DNA of 47,532 nt, from the NCBI GenBank assembly GCA_022729315.1, contig JALDAF010000002.1, positions 1 through 47,532 of the forward strand, given 5' to 3'. Each line of letters opens with the position of its first letter. Position 1 is the first letter of the stretch. This document shows, piece by piece, positions 28,522 to 37,413 of this stretch. The translations under genes were made by a program, and so were the position numbers. The DNA comes from Candidatus Nanohalalkaliarchaeum halalkaliphilum (lineage in GTDB: Archaea; Nanohalarchaeota; Nanosalinia; Nanosalinales; Nanohalalkaliarchaeaceae). The notes beneath the pieces were generated by a model that did no database searches, was not told where the DNA came from, and saw nothing but the letters and a program-made list of their open reading frames with translations.

Positions 28522-29105
28522 TGAACCGGCGGACCGGCCAGTTTTTCATCATCGGCGCACTGCTGATCATCATCCTCCTGGCCGGTATCGCCCTGTTCGA
28601 TGTCGGCGGTATCACCTCACCACAGACCGATACCCCGAAACACCTGTTCGACCAGGCGCTCACCACCTTCCCCCAGATGGTCAACACTGCCATGACAGAG
28701 GACCCTTCCGCCTCACACATGGAACGCCGGGCAGCCACCTACTTCACGTTCCAGAACCACGTGTTCAATACGCACGGACTGGACACGGCGGCCCACACAC
28801 TGATCGGTGTCCCACAGGAAGATGACAGTGTATCGTTCATCCTCGTAAACTTCCGCGGTGTGACCATGGACGATATCGCGGTCACGGCAAACGGTGACAC
28901 ACAGCACCTCTCCTCACTCCCGCATGGAGAAACCGCGCGCATAGAGAAAGAAAACCTCCCGATGACGTTCAATGTCCGGTTAACGTTCGGCGGCGATCAC
29001 CGGTTCAACCATAGCTACTCCGTTGCCAGAGACCAGTACTCCGCCGTCTACCAGTTACGGACCGACGGTGAGGATCAGCGGTGGCAGACCACCAGAACCT
29101 ACTAG
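28515..29105 (+). CDS. Prepilin-like protein, 196 aa
   Basis: N-terminus MVVNRRTG|QFFIIGALLIIILLAGIALF. It overlaps the preceding gene by 7 nt and has GGAGGTGA upstream. Confidence 0.6.
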   Translation: MVVNRRTGQFFIIGALLIIILLAGIALFDVGGITSPQTDTPKHLFDQALTTFPQMVNTAMTEDPSASHMERRAATYFTFQNHVFNTHGLDTAAHTLIGVPQEDDSVSFILVNFRGVTMDDIAVTANGDTQHLSSLPHGETARIEKENLPMTFNVRLTFGGDHRFNHSYSVARDQYSAVYQLRTDGEDQRWQTTRTY

Positions 29106-29119
29106 CCTCCGTTACACGG

Positions 29120-30028
29120 TTAGAACCGGCGGACACGATGGCCGAACGGGGCGCCTACCTGCCGCATACGGTTTGATGCTCCGCTGAACCTGTCTCTCCA
29201 CCGGTACGCGAAGAACAGGCCCGCAAGCAGACCGGACAGGTGACCGGTACTCGCAAATATCTCCAGTACCGGGATCGTTCCCAGCCATGGTACTGCCTGA
29301 GTCACCACGTTGATCACGTCAAGCGTGGCGAAGAATATGATCGCGGTACGGATACTGAGCGGAACGATGAAAAACGCAAGAACCCGGATATCCGGACGGA
29401 GCACAGCCAAAAACGCTACCATGCCGTACAGTGCACCGGAGAACCCGACCGCTTCACCCACACCGAGGAACGGCGCGGTAAGCGTGAACCCGACCGATGA
29501 TGCGATACCGGCGATGATCAACAGTTTCAAGAACCGTTCCCGTCCCAGCATCCGCTCGGCTTCAACACCGAACGAGAACAGCACGATCGAGTTGACGAGG
29601 AGGTGCGCGAAATTGGCGTGGAGGAACATGGATGTGACGATACGCCACACCTCGAAGTCCCAGAGAACAGCCTGTGCATCAAGTTCAAACGCACGGACAA
29701 ACCCCGGGATCGATACTTCCAACGCATACACTACGAACAGGACACCCAGCAGCATGTAGGTGACCGGGATATCTGATGGGAGTAGCGTGTCCAGCAGTGA
29801 GGACGAGCGCTGTGGTTTCCGGGTTTCAACGTCCACCTCACTCCTGTCCCGGTTCCGGTTCACGGTGTATCCGATCCGTCCCTGCTCATGTGACTGCTCT
29901 TTGTACTGCTCCAACCCATTGCAGTCATGGTTCTCCGGCAGGCGATGTGCTGAACAGAACGACTGTTCGCAGAACTTGCAGGTGAACGGCATCGACGTCC
30001 TTGTTTTACACTGTGAACATTCCACCAT
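29120..30028 (-). CDS. Rhomboid-family intramembrane serine protease with N-terminal AN1-type zinc finger
   Basis: AN1 finger CSQC...CKFC...FCSAHRLPENHDC. Rhomboid motifs are HANFAHLLVN (H-x4-H-x3-N), GFSGALYG (GxSG) and the TM6 His in GHLSGLLAG. Confidence 0.85.
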   Translation of the reverse strand: MVECSQCKTRTSMPFTCKFCEQSFCSAHRLPENHDCNGLEQYKEQSHEQGRIGYTVNRNRDRSEVDVETRKPQRSSSLLDTLLPSDIPVTYMLLGVLFVVYALEVSIPGFVRAFELDAQAVLWDFEVWRIVTSMFLHANFAHLLVNSIVLFSFGVEAERMLGRERFLKLLIIAGIASSVGFTLTAPFLGVGEAVGFSGALYGMVAFLAVLRPDIRVLAFFIVPLSIRTAIIFFATLDVINVVTQAVPWLGTIPVLEIFASTGHLSGLLAGLFFAYRWRDRFSGASNRMRQVGAPFGHRVRRF

Positions 30029-30123
30029 GATACATCCTCAATTCCACTGGGTACTCGTTTACTTTACTGTAGCGGATGACTGTACACTACCCAGTCCATC
30101 CCAATCCTTTACGGTACTACTGA

Positions 30124-31638
30124 TTATTCCACTGGCTCTCCCAGTTCGGAAAGTGCTGTCCCGGAATACAGGTACTCCTGGATCGTCTCTTCAAGCTCCG
30201 CCATCCGGACACGGACCTGTTCCGTCGTGTCCCTGTCCCGGATCGTGACAGTATCATCCTCCAGCGTGTCAAAGTCCACGGTGACGCACAGCGCTGTACC
30301 TTTCGCATCGTTCCGCGCGTACCGTTTCCCGATCGATCCGGAATCATCATACTCGACGTCGAACCGGTGCCGGTGCAGCCGCTGGTACAGGTTGCGGGCC
30401 ACGTCAGGGAGGTCGTCCTTCGTCATCAATGGGAACACAGCCACATCCAGCGGCGCGATATGATTCGGGATCTCCAGCCGATCCTCCTCCGGGTTGTAGA
30501 ACATGTCAAGCACGGCGAACGTCGGCCGATCCGTACCAAACGCGATCTCAAGGATGTGCGGCATCACTTCATTCCCCTGGTTATCCTTGAACGTCAAGTC
30601 CTCCGGCGAATGCTCAGAGTGCTGGGACAGGTCGTAGTCACCGCGGTCGTGAACACCGCAGCACTCCACCCAGCCGAAACTGTTCAACTCGATCTCCAGA
30701 TCCCAGGCATCACGGGCGTAGTGCGCCATCTCATCCTCCTGGTGCTCCCGGTACCGGATCCGGCCCTCCGGGACACCCGCACTCGTGAACAGGTCGAACG
30801 CCACGTACAGGCACCATGCGTACGCCTGGCTGGTTACGACACCGTTTTCGACCGCTTCCTCGACCGTCATCCACTCCGGATCGGCGCCGCGTTCCTGGTA
30901 GTCTGCCGGCCACAGCGGCAATTTCTCATCCTTGATATCCTCGTACTCATCCCAGTCATGCTTCATTTCCTCGGTCACGAAGATCTGGCCTTCGGCCTGC
31001 GTGAACTCGCGGCCGCGCAGCACGTGCTGGCGCGGTGAAATCTCATTTCTGAAGGCTTTCCCGATCTGGAACACCTTGATCGGCAGCTTCTTCCGGAAGA
31101 ACCGCCAGTACCGCTTGAACGGCAGGTATGTCGTGGTCGCGGTCTCGGGCCGGTTGTACGCCTCGTTTCCACCGACCTCGGTCTGCATCATCAGATTGTA
31201 GTCGTGGATCTCCATGTCGAATGTGCCACCGCACGCCGGGCACGTGATATCCCTGTCAGCGATGAACGTGAGCAGCTCCTCATCAGACATGCCGTCCGCC
31301 ACCACATCATGGTTCTCCTCGATCAGTTTGTCCGCACGGAAACTGCCTTCGCACTGCGAACAGAGGATCATCGGATCAACGAACGTGTCAAGGTGGCCGG
31401 ACGCTTTCCAGACGGTGCGGGGCATGATGATCGGTGCCTCCACCTCGGAGAACATGTGCTGCTTGAACACGTCCCGCATCTCACCTTCCAGCTTGTTCTT
31501 CAACAATTTGCCCATCGGCCCGTACGTGTAGAACCCGGCAAGTCCGTTGTATATCTCCGGTTCCGGACCCCAGATAAACCCGTTTCGTACAAGGTGCTGA
31601 TCAAGCTCGTTGGCAAATCGCTCGCTGTCCGCAGTCAT
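30124..31638 (-). CDS. glyS: Glycine--tRNA ligase (archaeal/eukaryal class II type)
   Basis: FIWGPEPEIYNGLAGFYTYGPMG and FRNEISPRQHVLRGREFTQAEG (motif 2), plus a C-terminal anticodon-binding region. Start placed at MTADSERF (31638), with GATTTAAAAAG about 25-30 nt upstream. Confidence 0.9.
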   Translation of the reverse strand: MTADSERFANELDQHLVRNGFIWGPEPEIYNGLAGFYTYGPMGKLLKNKLEGEMRDVFKQHMFSEVEAPIIMPRTVWKASGHLDTFVDPMILCSQCEGSFRADKLIEENHDVVADGMSDEELLTFIADRDITCPACGGTFDMEIHDYNLMMQTEVGGNEAYNRPETATTTYLPFKRYWRFFRKKLPIKVFQIGKAFRNEISPRQHVLRGREFTQAEGQIFVTEEMKHDWDEYEDIKDEKLPLWPADYQERGADPEWMTVEEAVENGVVTSQAYAWCLYVAFDLFTSAGVPEGRIRYREHQEDEMAHYARDAWDLEIELNSFGWVECCGVHDRGDYDLSQHSEHSPEDLTFKDNQGNEVMPHILEIAFGTDRPTFAVLDMFYNPEEDRLEIPNHIAPLDVAVFPLMTKDDLPDVARNLYQRLHRHRFDVEYDDSGSIGKRYARNDAKGTALCVTVDFDTLEDDTVTIRDRDTTEQVRVRMAELEETIQEYLYSGTALSELGEPVE

Positions 31639-32026
31639 ACGTACAGAAACAGCGCGCCACAGCTTTTTAAATCCTGCAACCGGGGACCAGTTCCTTCTCC
31701 AACGTGACTTCACGGAGGTCCGGCAAGTATTTTTAAACTTGACGGATGTATAGAGGGTAGAGATGAGCACATCACTCTGCGGTGGACGCGCCAGTACCGG
31801 CGTGACGGATGCACTGAGTGATGCTGCTCTGGGGCAGTTCTGGTACTTCTCCATGTTTATGTGGCGGAACATGTGTATGCGATAACGTTGTTGCCTCCGT
31901 CGCCCCCCCCTGTTTCCCTTGTTGCGTTTCATTCGACCGGACCGGTGTTGCGATGGAGGCGCCAGCATAGCGTGCCAACCACATACCGGAGAGTACCCCC
32001 CCTGCCACGACGGGTGGAATCCACGA

Positions 32027-33448
32027 ATGAACACGATACAACGCTACACGAAGAAACGTGAAAACGGAACAAACGGTACAGCAGTAACGAGCGCCGATAC
32101 GAAGATCGGGTACGCTCCCGAAACCGGTGAGCCTGCAGCCTTTATACTGGGCGATATCAACGCGTTCCCGGAAGGACAGGAGTTCCTGGAAGACTGGTAC
32201 GGGACGGCAGAGCACGTGGCGGACAGCCTCATATACAATACGATGCAGCACGCGGACGGAGACACCGCGGACATCGTGGTCAACCACCATCCCGGGACGT
32301 ACAGCGACAACGGATGGAACGGGAACCCCGGGCAGTGGCTGGAGCGGGACAAGAAAACGCTGTACGCCGAGATCATGGACCATCCAGCGGTTGGAGACGT
32401 GTACGACGTCGTGGACCCGGAGCAGCACCTGTCCGTTGATGGCGGCGACATCTACGTGGACGGGACTCCGGTCGATGGCTACATCAACCTTCACGACCGC
32501 GGAGAACATCTGCTGCGTGCACTGGACTATGATACGGAAGCGATCGCGAAAGGAGCGAACCCGCCAACCGCGGTCTGGAACCGGGAACTGGAAGCATACA
32601 CAGGGAAGCACGCGCTTCTTGACACGGTGGAGGACCTTGCACAGGACGTGGAGCACGTGTACACACCGCGGTTTGAAACGGTCGAGACCGTGGAAGACGT
32701 GATCCGGTTCGGGTTCGACCTGTACGGGGACGACTGGTTAACCGAACCTCGCCGGGACGAAACCGTGATACTGAAGACGGATCCGGACGCGACCTGGGGA
32801 GATGCCGTGCTCGCGTTCGATCCAACGGAGATCGTGGATGAACTGGAGGCCCGGAAGCGGGAGAGCTACGGCGGTACACCCTACCCCGAAGAGATTGCGG
32901 AAGACGTGCTCGTGGTGCAGGCACAGCGGGAAGAGGACCGTGTCTCCGGGATGAATAACCGGCCGGACAACCACCAGCTGCTATCCTACGAGAACGATAC
33001 GTGGACGATCATGCAGCAGGATCCCGATACCGGCGATTACATCCCGGGAACCGGGATCGTGGAGGAAGCGATCGCCGGCGCCGTTGAACGGGACGGAACC
33101 ACCTACCATATCGGCACGGTAGACGGCAGGCCGTACGATCTTGTACCGTTAAGTGTGACAGACCCGGGAACAGGACGGGGAACACTCCGCGCTGTCACGG
33201 TCAGGACCGCAAACTCGGAGAACCTGAACGTGAACCGGAACGGCGATGGCCTTGACCGGTTCGGCGTCCATCCACTGAAGGATGCGTACCCAGCGTTCCT
33301 CGAGAACGAACTGGCAGAAGATGCCGGACACAGCATCCCGCTCCAGGAGATCAACGACCTGCTGGAGGATACAGCAGAACTCATCACCACCACCCGAAAC
33401 CAAACAGCATACGACGCAGAACGACACCTGGAACACGGTGATCTGTGA
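32027..33448 (+). CDS. Hypothetical acidic protein, 473 aa
   Basis: ATG at 32027; the tracked ORF begins at a TTG with a Cys-rich implausible extension. Its stop overlaps the next ATG (TGATG). No motif recognised. Confidence 0.5.
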   Translation: MNTIQRYTKKRENGTNGTAVTSADTKIGYAPETGEPAAFILGDINAFPEGQEFLEDWYGTAEHVADSLIYNTMQHADGDTADIVVNHHPGTYSDNGWNGNPGQWLERDKKTLYAEIMDHPAVGDVYDVVDPEQHLSVDGGDIYVDGTPVDGYINLHDRGEHLLRALDYDTEAIAKGANPPTAVWNRELEAYTGKHALLDTVEDLAQDVEHVYTPRFETVETVEDVIRFGFDLYGDDWLTEPRRDETVILKTDPDATWGDAVLAFDPTEIVDELEARKRESYGGTPYPEEIAEDVLVVQAQREEDRVSGMNNRPDNHQLLSYENDTWTIMQQDPDTGDYIPGTGIVEEAIAGAVERDGTTYHIGTVDGRPYDLVPLSVTDPGTGRGTLRAVTVRTANSENLNVNRNGDGLDRFGVHPLKDAYPAFLENELAEDAGHSIPLQEINDLLEDTAELITTTRNQTAYDAERHLEHGDL

Positions 33449-34239
33449 TGCATGTGTACACGCTTGGGGACGGAGACCCGGACACCGCGATAGTCGCAGG
33501 TGTGCACGGTGACGAGGTGTGCGGTGTTGCGGCGGTCGACCGGTTCCGATCCTCCGACATCACGGTACGGAAACCGGTGAAGCTGATCGTGGCGAACGAG
33601 GAGGCACTGGAACTGGGAGAACGGTACGTGGACACCGACCTGAACCGGGCGTTCCCCGGCAACCCGGACAGCAGCCTGCACGAGGAACGGCTGGCGCACC
33701 GACTGGTTGAGGAACTCTCTGGACTCAGCGCCGTGCTGGACCTGCACTCCACACAGTCATACGATCAGCCGTTCGCGGTCGTTTCCACCCTCAACACGGC
33801 CACGGCATCGCTCATCCCGGCGACCGGCGTGGAGCACGTGGCGGATTTCAGCGCACTGGGCGGGAACAGTCTGATCGACCACTGCGACGGTGTCGTTGTG
33901 GAGTGCGGGCTCACCGGCTCCGACCAGGCAGCAGAGAACGCGTACCAGGTGATGATGAACTTCCTTGCCGCCCACGGCGTCATCGATAGACGGTTCACGA
34001 TGACAGATCCGGCACTGTACCGTATCACGGACCGTGTACCGAAAGAGGCGAACTACACGCTGGCCGTTGAAAACTTCGAACGCGTCGAGAACGGGCAGAT
34101 GTATGCCCACGGAGAGACAGGTGAACTCGTTGCAGACGAACCGTTCTACCCCGTACTGATGTCGGAGAACGGGTACAGTGACATCCTCGGGTTCCGTGCG
34201 GAGAAGATGGGAACGCTCTCGGAGGTTGCGACACGATGA
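33448..34239 (+). CDS. Succinylglutamate desuccinylase/aspartoacylase (AstE/AspA) family zinc hydrolase
   Basis: Family landmarks are present: AGVHGDE (H-x-x-E zinc ligands), DLNRAFPG, LDLHS (third ligand) and VVECG. Confidence 0.75.
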   Translation: MHVYTLGDGDPDTAIVAGVHGDEVCGVAAVDRFRSSDITVRKPVKLIVANEEALELGERYVDTDLNRAFPGNPDSSLHEERLAHRLVEELSGLSAVLDLHSTQSYDQPFAVVSTLNTATASLIPATGVEHVADFSALGGNSLIDHCDGVVVECGLTGSDQAAENAYQVMMNFLAAHGVIDRRFTMTDPALYRITDRVPKEANYTLAVENFERVENGQMYAHGETGELVADEPFYPVLMSENGYSDILGFRAEKMGTLSEVATR

Positions 34240-34643
34240 AACATACTACGCGACGGACAAACAGCAGCCCTGCCGTTATCCGGTACAGTTCAGCGGATGG
34301 CCCCTACGATGTGGGCCGGGTTGAAGTAGCAGCGAACGGGTTCACCTATCTCCGGGAACTGTATGACATCCCAGGATTCACCCGGGAGGATTACGAACTC
34401 GTTCTGGAGCACGCTGAAGAACAGCTCTTCGATATGCTGGACGGGAACACCATCCTGACCGGGTCAGACCGTGAGAAACTCGAGGAATACGGAGTCGAAC
34501 CGGTTCACCGGCCAGCGGACTACGGTCTCGCCGAGCAGGTTGACGGGTTCTGCAGGGCTGACCATTACCGTTCCTTCAAACCCCAACCAACCGAACAGGT
34601 GGATCACGACAACGTGATCACCGTCCCCGGCAAAGAAGCCTGA
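34236..34643 (+). CDS. Hypothetical protein, 135 aa
   Basis: ATGA overlap with the preceding stop, and GGAGGTTG upstream. No motif recognised. Confidence 0.5.
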   Translation: MKHTTRRTNSSPAVIRYSSADGPYDVGRVEVAANGFTYLRELYDIPGFTREDYELVLEHAEEQLFDMLDGNTILTGSDREKLEEYGVEPVHRPADYGLAEQVDGFCRADHYRSFKPQPTEQVDHDNVITVPGKEA

Positions 34644-34671
34644 GGGACAGCGGGAACTGGATGTGACTGCC

Positions 34672-35235
34672 ATGGAGGTCAACACGGTTGGACCGGGAAA
34701 ACCGGAAATTGCGGTCGTGGCATGTATCCACGGCGATGAACCATGTGGGAAGACCGCGATCGGCCGGTTCCTGTCACAGGATCCGGTACTGGACCGTTCC
34801 GTGATGTTCATCGTGGCGAACGAGAAGGCGCTGGAACATGGAGACCGGTACGTGGACACCGGCATGGAAACGTACTGTGACGGCGTGGCCGCGGAATGCG
34901 GGATACAGGGAACAGACGACGCGGCAGCGAACGCCCTCGCTATCATCGAACGGTTCCTGACCGCGTATGGTGCCATGCCCGGTACGGCCGCGTCAACGGA
35001 GCAAACCTGGTACCGTGCGATAGACGCTATCCCACAGCAGGGAAATGAACGCGCAACCATCAAGAACTTCGAGCGTGTAGATGCAGGACAGGTGTTTGCC
35101 GAAGCTCCGGACAGACAGCTCACCGCAGAAGAACCGTTCTACCCGGTTCTCATGGCCGAGGACGCTTACGACGGCATCCTCGGGTTCCGTGCTGAAAGGA
35201 TCGGAACGCAGGACTGTGAGAACCGCGAACGATAG
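34672..35235 (+). CDS. AstE/AspA-like paralog lacking the central catalytic segment (in-frame deletion)
   Basis: It aligns with 33448-34239 at both ends (ACIHGDE; EPFYPVLMAEDAYDGILGFRAE versus EPFYPVLMSENGYSDILGFRAE). However, 82 residues of the full copy are replaced by 5 (GMETY). ATG at 34672; the alternative GTG is at 34663. Confidence 0.6.
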   Translation: MEVNTVGPGKPEIAVVACIHGDEPCGKTAIGRFLSQDPVLDRSVMFIVANEKALEHGDRYVDTGMETYCDGVAAECGIQGTDDAAANALAIIERFLTAYGAMPGTAASTEQTWYRAIDAIPQQGNERATIKNFERVDAGQVFAEAPDRQLTAEEPFYPVLMAEDAYDGILGFRAERIGTQDCENRER

Positions 35236-35261
35236 AAACGCTAAAAAGGTACCGGGAAGAG

Positions 35262-36377
35262 ATGATGCACATGGCGCAGGACCAGGACCCAGAAGAGAAC
35301 ATTGACCCGTGGGGCTCACTGCAGATCGAGGACTACGCTGACACGATGGACCAGTTCGGGATCGATCCGATGGAAAAGACGGGGGAGAAGCTGCCGCAGC
35401 AGCACCGGTACCTGCGCCGCGGCATCGTGTACGGGCACCGGGACTTTGGCCGGGTCGTGGACGCGATCAACAATGATGGGCCGTTCGCGATGATGACCGG
35501 GTTGATGCCATCCGGCGAGTTCCACTTCGGCCACAAGCTGGTGGCGGACCAGATGATCTTCTACCAGGAGCTGGGCGCCGAACTGTTCATCGCGGTCGCG
35601 GACGTGGAGGCGTACGTGACGCGGGACATGGATACCGATGAGATGCGGGAGCTGGCTATCGACCAGTACCTGACCAACTATATAGCGCTGGGGCTTGACC
35701 CGGAAAACGTGCACTTCTACTTCCAGAGTGAGGGTTCACCGCACTACAATGCGATGAGCAAGTACTTCAGCAAACACGTGACACAGAACGAGGTGGAGGC
35801 CGTGTACGGTGACATCAGTCCGGCGAAAACGGTGAGCGCGTTGACGCAGGCCGCCGATATTTTGCAGCCGCAGTTCGCGGAGCACGGTGGGCCGAAACCG
35901 GTGGTGGTGCCGGTCGGCACGGACCAGGATCCGCATATCCGGCTGACCCGGGATATCGCGTCACGGTTCAAGGACCAGGACTTCATCAAGCCGGCGGCAA
36001 CCTACCACAAGTTCATGCGTGGACTGCAGGGTGGGAAGATGAGCAGCAGCAAACCGAACAGCTACATCGCGTTGACCGATCCCGTGGACGAGGCGCTTAC
36101 GAAGATCGACCGCGCCAAGACAGGTGGCCGCGACACACTGGAGGAACACCGCGAGAAAGGCGCAGATATCGAAGAAGACGTTGTATTTGAGCTCCTGGCG
36201 TTCCACCTGGTCGATGACGACGACCGGCTGCGTGACATCCACGACCAGTACAGCTCCGGCGAGATGCTGAGCGGCGAACTGAAACAGATCGCGAAAGATG
36301 AACTCCGGAACTTCCTGGAGCAGCACCAGGAGAAACGGGCGGATGCGAAGGACCGGGTCGATGCGTTCCTATCGTAG
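35262..36377 (+). CDS. trpS: Tryptophan--tRNA ligase (archaeal/eukaryal type)
   Basis: Class I motifs PSGEFHFGH (HIGH-like) and KMSSSKP (KMSKS), plus the N-terminal DPWGS...FGI segment typical of TrpRS. The start may be any of three ATGs at 35262-35271. Confidence 0.8.
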   Translation: MMHMAQDQDPEENIDPWGSLQIEDYADTMDQFGIDPMEKTGEKLPQQHRYLRRGIVYGHRDFGRVVDAINNDGPFAMMTGLMPSGEFHFGHKLVADQMIFYQELGAELFIAVADVEAYVTRDMDTDEMRELAIDQYLTNYIALGLDPENVHFYFQSEGSPHYNAMSKYFSKHVTQNEVEAVYGDISPAKTVSALTQAADILQPQFAEHGGPKPVVVPVGTDQDPHIRLTRDIASRFKDQDFIKPAATYHKFMRGLQGGKMSSSKPNSYIALTDPVDEALTKIDRAKTGGRDTLEEHREKGADIEEDVVFELLAFHLVDDDDRLRDIHDQYSSGEMLSGELKQIAKDELRNFLEQHQEKRADAKDRVDAFLS

Positions 36378-36396
36378 CGGTTAAAACCGCCCACAG

Positions 36397-37413
36397 TTAA
36401 AGGCCGAGAACCTTCTCCAGTTCCCTGTCATCAATATACTGTTCCTGCCTGTTGAGATGGTCTGCAAGATGATCCAGGTCATGATGTGGACGGTCCTCCC
36501 CGCGGATAATGCGCCAGTTCACCAGATCCGGGTAGCGGCGGAGTGGTGAGGTGAGATGCGCGTACTCGGGCACGCCCAGTCCCTGATGTTCCTTGCATGA
36601 CGGCGCGTATCGTGCACGGGGCTGAGAGTTTCGTTCCCTCCCCTCATGGGTGTGGATACGGTACAGTCCTTCTCCCGCTGCAAGCAGTTCGTTCGCCCCG
36701 ATCTCGTTCGCCTTGATCATGAACTCATCGATAATCCTGTGCGACGTGCTCTGCCCCGTGGAACGGTCCGCTTCCTCCGCCAGCCGTGTGGAGAGGAACG
36801 CACCATCCTCCAGTGTGCGGATCATCTCGGCCGCGGATTCACCGGCCCATGGCGCGGTCTTCGACTGCTTCACGTAGTGGTCAGCCTCATCGTAGGAGAG
36901 TGTGCGGTCAACGTTGACGATCGACCGGTACATGTCATACCCCTCCAAATGGCCGTCCGCATCAAAGGAACATTCGATCGTGTTCGCCAGCCGCTCTTCC
37001 TGTTCCACGAACCCGATCTCGTCCACGATCTCCTGTGGCAGCATATGATCCGGTTTCCCGCCGTATATCGTGAACCCCTGCTGCTGTGCATATCGGTCAA
37101 TGATCGTGTCGTTTTCAACGTACTCCGGCACGTCCACGATATGCACGTGAGCAGTATACCCATCCAACACTCCATCACTGTAGTCGCGCTGGATGGAGAC
37201 CGCGTCATCCCGGTCACGTGCATACGCCGGATCGATCGCGTACGTTGGGATATCCCGCAGATCCCTCCGTTCCTCGGCATCGTTTCCACGGTCCTCAAGC
37301 CGGTCATAGATCTGATCTATCTCCCGTTGAAGATACTGTTCCTCCACGATACTGGAGAGCGGTGCGGTTCCGCCCGGTTCCAGTACCTCCCAGACCTCAT
37401 GGCTGACACTCAC
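36397..37413 (-). CDS. Minimal RNB-domain 3'-5' exoribonuclease (RNase II/R family) without CSD/S1 domains
   Basis: RNB motifs AIDPAYARDRDDAVSI, AHVHIVDV, MLPQEIV, IIDEFMIKANE and HQGLGVPEYAHLTSPLRRYPDLV. The GTG start overlaps the upstream stop (GTGA), and GGAGGAG lies just upstream. Confidence 0.8.
   Translation of the reverse strand: MSVSHEVWEVLEPGGTAPLSSIVEEQYLQREIDQIYDRLEDRGNDAEERRDLRDIPTYAIDPAYARDRDDAVSIQRDYSDGVLDGYTAHVHIVDVPEYVENDTIIDRYAQQQGFTIYGGKPDHMLPQEIVDEIGFVEQEERLANTIECSFDADGHLEGYDMYRSIVNVDRTLSYDEADHYVKQSKTAPWAGESAAEMIRTLEDGAFLSTRLAEEADRSTGQSTSHRIIDEFMIKANEIGANELLAAGEGLYRIHTHEGRERNSQPRARYAPSCKEHQGLGVPEYAHLTSPLRRYPDLVNWRIIRGEDRPHHDLDHLADHLNRQEQYIDDRELEKVLGL

Noticed and set aside
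31639-32034. N-terminal 132-codon extension of the GlyRS ORF
   Set aside because: The extension is highly basic and unlike the proteome. Conserved GlyRS sequence begins right after the ATG at 31638, which has a TATA-like box about 25-30 nt upstream.
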